DNA from: Bdellovibrionales bacterium | GTDB lineage: Bacteria > Bdellovibrionota > Bdellovibrionia > Bdellovibrionales > UBA1609 | Reading direction: 5' to 3' | Length of the DNA stretch: 64,000 nt | NCBI GenBank assembly: GCA_965205945.1 | Contig: CBDBIB010000001.1 | Coordinates: 32,001-96,000, forward strand | Shown: piece by piece, positions 30,401 through 37,835 of the stretch | Layout of the letters: each line of letters opens with the position of its first letter | Position numbering within the stretch: position 1 is the first letter of the stretch | Translations under genes and position numbers: made by a program | The notes under the pieces: generated by a model | What the model was told of the DNA's origin: nothing | Databases searched by the model: none | Seen by the model: the letters and a program-made list of their open reading frames with translations, nothing else

Positions 30401-33400
30401 TATTTCCGGTTTCATCACTGCAGTCTGAAATCCTAATACTTGGATTAATAGTTGTTCCATTTGTTACTAAAACTGTGCAACCTGTAGTAGCTCCAGTAAG
30501 GCTGACATTGCTCTTTTCTAGGTTTATACTACTAAAGTCTTGGCTTACAGTTATGGGAAAGTCTATAGAATTTGAACTGCTTATTATATGGCTTCCAATA
30601 CTGACAATAGGGGGTTTAGTATCTTTTATTAGATTTAAAACACCTGAAGTTTTAGAATTTCCAGCAATGTTTGTGATACTAGCAGTTAGTGAAAGTGGAC
30701 CATCACTTAGGCTTGAAAAATCAATATCACCACTAAAGCTTTTATTAGAACAGGTAATAAAGCTTGTACCATGTGAAAATGTGATAAGCTCACCATTTTC
30801 AGAACATGTTCCTAAAACCCTAAAACCCCCCTCATTAATAGAATTAATGTAAGATCCACTTAAAGAGTTTGTAATAGAAATTGTTGGATCATTGTTACTT
30901 AAAAAAGTTTTCCACACTACCCCATCGCAAAACTCCAGTTTTTTTCCTAAAGAATTATACCTTAAAGTACCCTCAGTTAAACTGTCACAAGGGGTTGTAA
31001 CTGTTCCAACTTTTTTTAAAAATGTAACAGTAGATGTACTAATAGATCCTGGAGTAGAAATGCTTCCAGAGACAGAAACATCACCATTATTGTTAATAGT
31101 GATTCCTTCATCATCGCCGTCTCCACTTAAATAATTTTGGTTAAGATTTATATTTAATCGAGCCCTGCCATCTCCCATATTATCAGCACTGCTTGGTAAG
31201 TTTATAAGCCGACTTCCATCAACAGCAGGCAGTCTTAAAGAGCTATCAAGCTTAATAAGCTGATTGCTCCCTGTGCCAACATCTAATCTAGCTGTGCTAA
31301 TGGTTCCTGAAGTGATCTTTTCTCCATTTAAATCTGGTATATCAGATTTTAATAAACTTAAACCCTCAACCACTCTTCCTTTAACATCAACTCTAACTTT
31401 TGGGTACGTCCCTTGGGTTACACCCGTTGGTATAAGACTAGGGTTCGGGTAGGTTCCTGTAAGATCCCCTTGAGCCTGGCTTCCTAAAAGACTTGTGTCT
31501 GTCACACATGACCATAAATAAATAGGACCTTCACTCATTTGAAGTTTTTCATTGCTTTCACAATTAGGCACTCCACCAGCATCCATTGCGTTGCCTCGAC
31601 TTGTGCCTAAAGAAGCTTTTAAATAACCGTTTAAAAAGTTTGAATGTGTTATTTTTTTAAGACCACTTTGAGAAACATCATACATTAAAACACTGTCTAA
31701 AGAATCAGCCGTAGTTTTTTCTGTAGTTTTGTTAATGTCTACACTTAAACTTCTATTAGTTGATAAATCTCCACCTCCACTTAATCCACTGTTTAAAGCC
31801 GTTCTAATAGTTCTAGTTATTGGAGCTTTTCTAGATTCAAGTTCATTAAGTGCACCTTCTACATCTGTAGCCTGAATGTTTCCAAATGGAGTGTAGGTCA
31901 CCGTGTTTGCCGCCAGACTTGCTAAACTCCAACCTTCAGACACATCCTTACAATTTGCTCCTCTTTCATCACAAATTTGTGTTATTCTTGCTGTTCCAGC
32001 AACGTCTAATAAAGCCTCAGGACTAGCCTTACCAACTCCAACCCTTCCATTAGCATCAATAATAATTCCCTCATTATCACCGTCTCCACTTAAATAATTT
32101 TGGTTAAGATTTATATTTAATCGAGCTATACCATCTCCCATATTATCAGCACTGCTTGGTAAGTTTATAAGCTGACTTCCATCAACAGCAGGCAGTCTTA
32201 AAGAGCTATCAAGCTTAACAAGCTGATTGCTCCCTGTGCCAACATCTAATCTAGCTGTGCTAATGGTTCCTGAAGTGATCTTTTCTCCATTTAAATCTGG
32301 TATATCAGATTTTAATAAACTTAAACCCTCAACCACTCTTCCTTTAACATCAACTCTAACTTTTGGGTACGTCCCTGGGGTTACACCCGTTGGTATAAGA
32401 CTAGGGTTCGGGTAGGTTCCTGTAAGATCCCCTTGAGCCTGGCTTCCTAAAAGACTTGTGTCTTGATCAACTTCACATGACCAGGAATAAATAGGGCCGT
32501 TACTCATTTGAAGTTTTTCATTAGTTTCACAACTAGGCACTCCACCAGCATCCATTGCGTTGCCTGCATTTTTTCCTAAAGAAGCTTTTAAATAACCGTT
32601 TAAAAAGTTTGAATGTGTTATTTTTTTAAGACCACTTTGAGAAACATCATACATTAAAACACTGTCTAAAGAATCAGCCGTAGTTTTTTCTGTAGTTTTG
32701 TTAATGTCTACACTTAAACTTCTATTAGTTGATAAATCTCCACCTCCACTTAATCCACTGTTTAAAGCCGTTGTAATAGTTCTAGTTATTGGAGCTTTTC
32801 TAGATTCAAGTTCATTAAGTGCACCTTCTACATCTGTAGCCTGAATGTTTCCAAATGGAGTGTAGGTCACCGTGTTTGCCGCCAGACTTGCTAAACTCCA
32901 ACCTTCAGACACATCCTTACAATTTGCTCCTCTTTCATCACAAATTTGTGTTATTCTTGCTGTTCCAGCAACGTCTAATAAAGCCTCAGGACTAGCCTTA
33001 CCAACTCCAACCCTTCCACTAGCATCAATAATAATTCCCTCATTATCACCGTCTCCACTTAAATAATTTTGGTTAAGATTTATATTTAATCGAGCTATAC
33101 CATCTCCCATATTATCAGCACTGCTTGGTAAGTTTATAAGCCGACTTCCATCAACAGCAGGCAGTCTTAAAGAGCTATCAAGCTTAATAAGCTGATTGCT
33201 CCCTGTGCCAACATCTAATCTAGCTGTGCTAATGGTTCCTGAAGTGATTTTTTCTCCATTTAAATCTGGTATATCATTTTCTGATAAACTTAAACTCTCA
33301 ACCACTCTTCCTTTAACATCAACTCTAACTTTTGAGTACGTCCCTGGGGTTACACCCGTTGGTATAAGACTAGGGTTTGGGTAGGTTCCTGTAAGATCCC

Positions 33401-35969
33401 CTTGAGCCTGGCTTCCTAAAAGACTTGTGTTTTGATCAACTTCACATGACCAGGAATAAATAGGGCCATTACTCATTTGAAGTTTTTCATTGCTTTCACA
33501 ACTAGGCACTCCACCAGCATCCATTGCGTTGCCTCGACTTTTTCCTAAAGAGGCTTTTAAATAACCGTTTAAAAAGTTTGAATGTGTTATTTTTTTAAGA
33601 CCACTTTGAGAAACATCATATATTAAAACACTGTCTAAAGAATCAGCCGTAGTTTTTTCTGTAGTTTTGTTAATGTCTACACTTAAACTTCTATTAGTCG
33701 ATAAATCTCCACCTCCACTTAATCCACTGTTTAAAGCCGTTCTAATAGTTCTAGTTATTGGAGCTTTTCTAGATTCAAGTTCATTAAGTGCACCTTCTAC
33801 ATCTGTAGCCTGAATGTTTCCAAATGGAGTGTAGGTCACTGTGTTTGCCGCTAGACTTGCTAAACTCCAACCTTCAGACACATCCTTACAATTTGCTCCT
33901 CTTTCATCACAAATTTGTGTTATTCTTGCTGTTCCAGCAACGTCTAATAAAGCCTCAGGACTAGCCTTACCAACTCCAACCCTTCCACTAGCATCAATAA
34001 TAATTCCCTCATTATCACCGTCTCCACTTAAATAATTTTGGTTAAGATTTATATTTAATCGAGCTATACCATCTCCCATATTATCAGCACTACTTGGTAA
34101 GTTTATAAGCCGACTTCCATCAACAGCAGGCAGTCTTAAAGAGCTATCAAGCTTAATAAGCTGATTGCTCCCTGTGCCAACATCTAATCTAGCTGTGCTA
34201 ATGATTCCTGAAGTGATCTTTTCTCCATTTAAATCTGGTATATCAGATTTTAATAAACTTAAACCCTCAACCACTCTTCCTTTAACATCAACTCTAACTT
34301 TTGGGTACGCCCCTTGGGTTACACCCGTTGGTGTAAGACTAGGGTTTGGGTAGGTTCCTGTAAGATCCCCTTGAGCCTGGCTTCCTAAAAGACTTGTGTC
34401 TGTGTCTGTATCAATATCAGCCACGCAAGAATAGCTTATTATAGCACCAGGGTTTCGTTGAATCTTTTCCCCACTAGTACACACAGGAAGAGTGTCCACT
34501 TGCATGAGCTGTCCTAAACCACTTCCTATATCTGCTTCTAAACCCCTTGGCGTAATTTTTAAACCACTTCCTACTTTTACTTTTAATTTATTTATATTAA
34601 ACTCTAAACCCCCAGAAGAATCTAAATCTAAATCTATGTTTCCACTGTTGTTGTATAAACCCCTACCAAGGTTGATGCTTATTGTTGGGTTGCTACCACC
34701 TGAAGAAGTTAAAGGAGCATTGACTAAAACACTTAATGCACTACTTAAGGTGCTTAAAACTTCTAAGCTAACACCATTCCAATACTTAAGCGCTCCAGAG
34801 TCACTATTGTACCAAGTAGCCCCAGCATTGCTCATGTTCATAGACCCTAAAAGACTAACTTCTTCTAAATTCGTATAAGAACCTAAGGTCATGGTACTTC
34901 CTGGGTTTTGCATAATATGACTTGTGTTTAGAATCTGATTATTATTAAAGTTAAGGTCACCTAATAAAACCCCTCCTGTAAGAGGAAGTTTTGTATTGTC
35001 AGTTCCTGTGGGAACCACTGAGCTTGGTAGAATTCCACTTGTGATTTTATTTGCATGAATACCACTTGCAAGATGACTGTTTAAAACACCCCCTGGTGCA
35101 ATTAAAATTGTACCACTGTTTGTAATGGTTCCACCACTTAAGCCGCTTCCTGCTGTAATACTGGTTACAGTTCCACTACCTTTACCAACAACAGTGGCTG
35201 CTGATCCATTGTAGTACATGATTTGATTATTTGTAGAGTTATACCAAATATCTCCTGCCTGAGAATTAGGTGGTGGATGAGAGCTTGAAAAACTAGGTAA
35301 AGAGCTAGCTCCACTGATGCTTAATGGGGAGTATTGATTAGAGCTGCCATTAATTAAAGCCATAAGCTCCCTTTGATTGGCATCATTATCAAACACGGTC
35401 TCTAAATTGCTTTGAGTAACACCACGACTTACTTGAATAAAATCATTAACAGCTTTTCCACCAAGTTTGCCGGCATACTGAGCATAGGGCACACTGTGAA
35501 TTATATGGTCATTTGTTAAAGTAAGAGGGCCGCTGCCATGATCAAAAGTTACTCTAAGCCTTCTTGTATCGTTTAAGGTTGGAGTGTATGAAGACCCAAA
35601 GGCACAACTAAGACTTTTATTGTTTAAAAAAGAATTGTCTAAAGCTTTAGATAAATTTGTTAAGCCTCCATTTCCTGTGTTTATTCCAGACCCAACGTTT
35701 AAGTTAAAAACTCCCTTTGATCCTATCATATTAAGATTAAAACTTTCTTCGTAAAGAAGACAATGATCCATGGAGGATAAAACTTGAACAAGAAAGCTGA
35801 CATTATTTTCTTCTAAAGCGTCTCCATTGGGTTTTACAATTTGGCCTTGAAAAACAAAAGAACTTGGGGTGGCTAGAGAATGGGGAGTTAATAGTAAAAT
35901 TGTGAAGAAAGTTAGAGCTTTCACACCTATTTCTATGAAATTTTTTAATAAGTCATATACTCTATACAT
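27483..35969 (-). CDS. Giant fibre adhesin (MAT-like N-terminus, phage-fibre-like stalk, Ig/PKD-like domains, DUF285/BspA-like repeat tip)
   Basis: N-terminal FQGQIVKPNG..LE...VSF...V.S...CLLYEE of Bdellovibrio fibres; GTVTSITAGSGLSGG, GDLTGTYPNP, GRVGVG..SP...LDVAG stalk motifs; C-terminal WDTSKVTDMSSMF repeats. Start re-assigned to ATG 35969. Confidence 0.85.
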   Translation of the reverse strand: MYRVYDLLKNFIEIGVKALTFFTILLLTPHSLATPSSFVFQGQIVKPNGDALEENNVSFLVQVLSSMDHCLLYEESFNLNMIGSKGVFNLNVGSGINTGNGGLTNLSKALDNSFLNNKSLSCAFGSSYTPTLNDTRRLRVTFDHGSGPLTLTNDHIIHSVPYAQYAGKLGGKAVNDFIQVSRGVTQSNLETVFDNDANQRELMALINGSSNQYSPLSISGASSLPSFSSSHPPPNSQAGDIWYNSTNNQIMYYNGSAATVVGKGSGTVTSITAGSGLSGGTITNSGTILIAPGGVLNSHLASGIHANKITSGILPSSVVPTGTDNTKLPLTGGVLLGDLNFNNNQILNTSHIMQNPGSTMTLGSYTNLEEVSLLGSMNMSNAGATWYNSDSGALKYWNGVSLEVLSTLSSALSVLVNAPLTSSGGSNPTISINLGRGLYNNSGNIDLDLDSSGGLEFNINKLKVKVGSGLKITPRGLEADIGSGLGQLMQVDTLPVCTSGEKIQRNPGAIISYSCVADIDTDTDTSLLGSQAQGDLTGTYPNPSLTPTGVTQGAYPKVRVDVKGRVVEGLSLLKSDIPDLNGEKITSGIISTARLDVGTGSNQLIKLDSSLRLPAVDGSRLINLPSSADNMGDGIARLNINLNQNYLSGDGDNEGIIIDASGRVGVGKASPEALLDVAGTARITQICDERGANCKDVSEGWSLASLAANTVTYTPFGNIQATDVEGALNELESRKAPITRTIRTALNSGLSGGGDLSTNRSLSVDINKTTEKTTADSLDSVLIYDVSQSGLKKITHSNFLNGYLKASLGKSRGNAMDAGGVPSCESNEKLQMSNGPIYSWSCEVDQNTSLLGSQAQGDLTGTYPNPSLIPTGVTPGTYSKVRVDVKGRVVESLSLSENDIPDLNGEKITSGTISTARLDVGTGSNQLIKLDSSLRLPAVDGSRLINLPSSADNMGDGIARLNINLNQNYLSGDGDNEGIIIDASGRVGVGKASPEALLDVAGTARITQICDERGANCKDVSEGWSLASLAANTVTYTPFGNIQATDVEGALNELESRKAPITRTITTALNSGLSGGGDLSTNRSLSVDINKTTEKTTADSLDSVLMYDVSQSGLKKITHSNFLNGYLKASLGKNAGNAMDAGGVPSCETNEKLQMSNGPIYSWSCEVDQDTSLLGSQAQGDLTGTYPNPSLIPTGVTPGTYPKVRVDVKGRVVEGLSLLKSDIPDLNGEKITSGTISTARLDVGTGSNQLVKLDSSLRLPAVDGSQLINLPSSADNMGDGIARLNINLNQNYLSGDGDNEGIIIDANGRVGVGKASPEALLDVAGTARITQICDERGANCKDVSEGWSLASLAANTVTYTPFGNIQATDVEGALNELESRKAPITRTIRTALNSGLSGGGDLSTNRSLSVDINKTTEKTTADSLDSVLMYDVSQSGLKKITHSNFLNGYLKASLGTSRGNAMDAGGVPNCESNEKLQMSEGPIYLWSCVTDTSLLGSQAQGDLTGTYPNPSLIPTGVTQGTYPKVRVDVKGRVVEGLSLLKSDIPDLNGEKITSGTISTARLDVGTGSNQLIKLDSSLRLPAVDGSRLINLPSSADNMGDGRARLNINLNQNYLSGDGDDEGITINNNGDVSVSGSISTPGSISTSTVTFLKKVGTVTTPCDSLTEGTLRYNSLGKKLEFCDGVVWKTFLSNNDPTISITNSLSGSYINSINEGGFRVLGTCSENGELITFSHGTSFITCSNKSFSGDIDFSSLSDGPLSLTASITNIAGNSKTSGVLNLIKDTKPPIVSIGSHIISSSNSIDFPITVSQDFSSINLEKSNVSLTGATTGCTVLVTNGTTINPSIRISDCSDETGNIQITIASGVAQDAAGNLSDVVSLSTEIQNLGTPFTAKFSIYGSDLNLNLSLSSSYTYNFMVHWGDGTSGVVTSSSDLDKNHTYSSSGTYIVKITGRCPYLNFRDSEQIIEVTELGDTGWESFSYMFYKADNLTLVNGGSTRHVTNMSLMFYDADLANPDTSNWDTSKVTSMSSMFNNADLANPDTSNWDTSKVTDMSSMFYNADLANPDTSNWDTSKVTSMSSMFNNADLANPDTSDWDTSKVTDMSSMFYNADLANPDTSDWDTSKVTSMSSMFNNADLANPDTSDWDTSKVTDMSSMFLSAALANPDTSNWDTSKVTDMNWMFSDADLANPDTSNWDTSKVTDMSFMFYNADLANPDTSDWDTSKVTDMNWMFSDADLANPDTSNWDTSKVTDMSFMFYNADLANPDTSDWDTSNVTYMNSMFSNADLANPDTSNWDTSNVTYMNSMFSNADLANPDTSNWDTSKVTSMSSMFNNADLANPDTSNWDTSKVTDMSSMFSNADLANPDTSNWDTSKVTYMNSMFSNADLANPDTSNWDTSKVTDMSSMFLSAALANPDTSNWDTSKVTDMSSMFLSAALANPDTSDWDTSKVTSMSFMFYNADLANPDTSDWDTSKVTDMSFMFYNADLANPDTSDWDTSKVTDMSFMFYNADLANPDTSDWDTSKVTDMNWMFSNADLANPDTSNWDTSKVTDMNSMFSNADLANPDTSDWDTSKVTSMSSMFYNAALANPDTSNWDTSKVTDMSSMFLSAALANPDTSDWDTSNVTYMNSMFYNAALANPDTSNWDTSKVTDMSSMFLSAALANPDTSDWDTSKVTSMSSMFYNAALANPDTSNWDTSKVTDMSFMFYNADLANPDTSDWDTSNVTYMNSMFSNADLANPDTSNWDTSKVTDMNSMFSNADLANPDTSNWDTSKVTDMGSMFNNAASFDQDISSWNVSNVLDCGSFSGRTLTSWTRAEKPNFTRCSPGY
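27637..29975 (-). repeat. 31 tandem 75-bp coding repeats (25-aa DUF285/BspA-like)
   Basis: TCCCAGT(T/C)AGAGGTGTCAGGGTTAGCTAAA recurs every 75 bp from 27661 to 29911. Confidence 0.95.
31103..34400 (-). repeat. About 3.4 tandem near-identical 963-969-bp coding repeats (fibre stalk)
   Basis: Marker GACTTGTG at 31490, 32453, 33422 and 34391 (spacing 963, 969, 969). Confidence 0.95.
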
Positions 35970-35976
35970 ATTGTAT

Positions 35977-36003
35977 ATTTCGGATGAAAAGCTTAACAAT
36001 TAG
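35977..36003 (-). promoter_or_regulatory. Sigma-28-like promoter of the adhesin
   Basis: CTAA-N15-TCCGAAAT-N7-ATG. Confidence 0.4.
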
Positions 36004-36074
36004 AGGAAATTAAATAGTTTTTTAGCTCTAATTCTACATTTTTATTTTCATTTAAAATCTGTGCTTTTACAAAA

Positions 36075-36102
36075 TATGCCGATAAGGAGGATTATGTTAC
36101 TA
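36075..36102 (+). other. Second dif-like site (direct orientation relative to 26571)
   Basis: TATGCCGATAA-GGAGGA-TTATGTTACTA. The XerC-side flank (GTGCTTTTA) also resembles that of the 26571 site (GTGTTTTTA). Confidence 0.7.
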
Positions 36103-36568
36103 CGTCTATTTACGTCTATTTTAAAATTATATTTAAGTTTAAAAGTATTTAATTATAAAAGTTTAGACTTTATTTTTTTAAAATTATTATTTTCAATAAA
36201 ATTTTTATTATTAAAAATAAGGACTGCTTTAGAATTTACTTTAAAAATATTTAATATTTAGCGCTCTTTTTTTAAAGCTTAGATTTAAATATCTTTATTT
36301 ATCATAGCTGTTATTTTAACCAACATCTAAGTTTAAAAGTTATTAAGATACAGCATATGTATTATATAAAATTAAATAATATTTAAAGCGATATTCTTTA
36401 AGTTTTTTTTAAATATTTATTTGTATAGAGTTATTATTTAAATAAGAAAATCTTGTTAATTAAACGTAACTATTTTGCAACATTTTTATGTTATAAAGAA
36501 ATTTACACTTAAGCACCATAGTTAAAATCAGCAGGTCAAATCAAAAATAATGTGGTTTTAAGCAGAAA

Positions 36569-36596
36569 TAGTAACATAATCCTCCTTATCGGCATG
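36569..36596 (-). other. Third dif-like site (inverted relative to 36075)
   Basis: Reverse complement CATGCCGATAA-GGAGGA-TTATGTTACTA. Part of a 43-bp inverted repeat (36060-36102 / 36569-36611, 2 mismatches). Confidence 0.7.
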
Positions 36597-36612
36597 TTTT
36601 ATAAAAGCACAC

Positions 36613-36742
36613 CATCCATATTAATAACTTTAAAAGTATTCCAACCAGAGATGTTAGGGGGTTACTAAAGCTGCATTACTCAATACATATGGCTCATATT
36701 AGTAACATGTGTAGTTAAGTCGCCATTAACAAGAGTTAAGTT
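36613..36742 (-). pseudogene. Decayed fragment of a DUF285-repeat adhesin (cap plus about 1.3 repeats)
   Basis: GCTCATATTAGTAACATGTGTAGTTAAGTCGCCATTAACAAGAGTTAAGTT aligns to 29961-30011. The adjacent bases align to the 75-bp unit with indels. Confidence 0.8.
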
Positions 36743-36872
36743 CTTTTACCTATTTCTTATATATTTACTACCTCTATTTAAGGACCTTGAGTTTAATCTT
36801 GAAAAGCTTTAAGCAAATTAAAAATCTCTAAGTTTACATTAAAAAACTAACATATAGTTAAAAAAAGACTTA

Positions 36873-37735
36873 GAAGCTGTTTGAAAAGTCTAATTTGACT
36901 TGATTTAATAAGGCAAGAACTTCAAGGAAGAGGTAAAAATGTCTATTAAAAAAGGTTACGGAAGCGATTTAACAGATACTCAGTGGGAACAGCTCAAAAA
37001 ATATTTACCAAAAGCAAAATCTGGAGATCGACCAAGAGAAGTTGATCTTAGAGAAATAATGAAAGCAATATTTTATATCAATAAAACAAGCTGTCCGTGG
37101 AGGTGGCTGCCAAAGGACTACCCACCGTGGCAAACAGTATATTCGTATTTTAGAAGTTGGCGTCTTTCAGGGGCCTGGGAAAAAAATCAACTCCCAATTG
37201 AGCAAGACTTGAGGAAAAAAGAGGGAAGAAATTCAACACCCTCAGGGGCGTGCATGGACTCTCAGTCTGTGAAGACTACTTCTGTCGGAGGAATAAAGGG
37301 CTACGATGGTAGGAAAAAGGTGGTTGGCCGCAAACGCCACATTCTAGTGGATACTTTGGGGTTCATAATGACAGTGGTTGTACATGCAGCTGACATTCAA
37401 GATAGAGATGGTGGGATTTTAGTTTTACAAAATATCATTTCAAGGTTTTCAAGTTTAAAATTGATTTGGGTAGATGGCGGTTACCGTGGGAACGTCATTC
37501 ACTTTGCTAAAACTCTTTTCAGCCGTACGCTTGAGGTGGTTTTACGAACCGACAAGGATCCAGGATTTAAGGTTGTTAAAAAACGTTGGATTGTTGAACG
37601 AACTTTTGCATGGCTAGGAAATTATAGAAGGCATTCTAAAGATTATGAAAGGCTGGCAGAATCAAGTGAAACTATGATTTATATTTCTATGATTCATCTC
37701 ATGGTCAGGAGAATTTAGACTTTTCAAACAGCTTC
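36873..37735 (+). mobile_element. IS5-family insertion sequence (IS1031-like subgroup), 863 bp
   Basis: Perfect 21-bp terminal inverted repeats GAAGCTGTTTGAAAAGTCTAA, with a TTA target duplication at 36870-72 and 37736-38. Confidence 0.92.
36939..37718 (+). CDS. IS5-family transposase
   Basis: SDLTD.QW, WR.LP.DYPPWQTVY.YFR.W, DSQSVK, GRKRHILVDTLG, DGGY, RWIVERTFAWL..YRR..KDYE. Confidence 0.92.
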   Translation: MSIKKGYGSDLTDTQWEQLKKYLPKAKSGDRPREVDLREIMKAIFYINKTSCPWRWLPKDYPPWQTVYSYFRSWRLSGAWEKNQLPIEQDLRKKEGRNSTPSGACMDSQSVKTTSVGGIKGYDGRKKVVGRKRHILVDTLGFIMTVVVHAADIQDRDGGILVLQNIISRFSSLKLIWVDGGYRGNVIHFAKTLFSRTLEVVLRTDKDPGFKVVKKRWIVERTFAWLGNYRRHSKDYERLAESSETMIYISMIHLMVRRI

Positions 37736-37835
37736 TTATAAAATTGTTTTTTTAAACATTTTTAGTTTTTATTATTTTTTAAATCTATAATATATTAGTT
37801 TATTAAAAAATTTTATTCTATAAAGCCCCTTTTCT

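Noticed and set aside
28258..34878. Repeated short + strand ORFs
   Set aside because: Antisense shadows of the adhesin repeats.
31103..35200. Prophage tail-fibre gene
   Set aside because: It has a signal-like MAT-type N-terminus and no other phage genes are nearby; better read as a host adhesin.
36061..36261. 66-aa ORF, or sigma-28 box + RBS + ATG reading of GCCGATAAGGAGGATTATG
   Set aside because: No -35 at the proper spacing, AGGAGG only 3 nt from ATG, and a low-complexity product. The 11-6-11 dif reading and similarity to the 26571 site fit better, though this is not formally excluded.
36469..36496. Fourth dif-like site inside the invertible segment (TTATGTTATAA)
   Set aside because: No XerC arm; expected by chance in AT-rich DNA.
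27483..36742. Diversity-generating retroelement (36613-36742 as template repeat)
   Set aside because: No reverse transcriptase in the window. Differences are not adenine-restricted and include indels.
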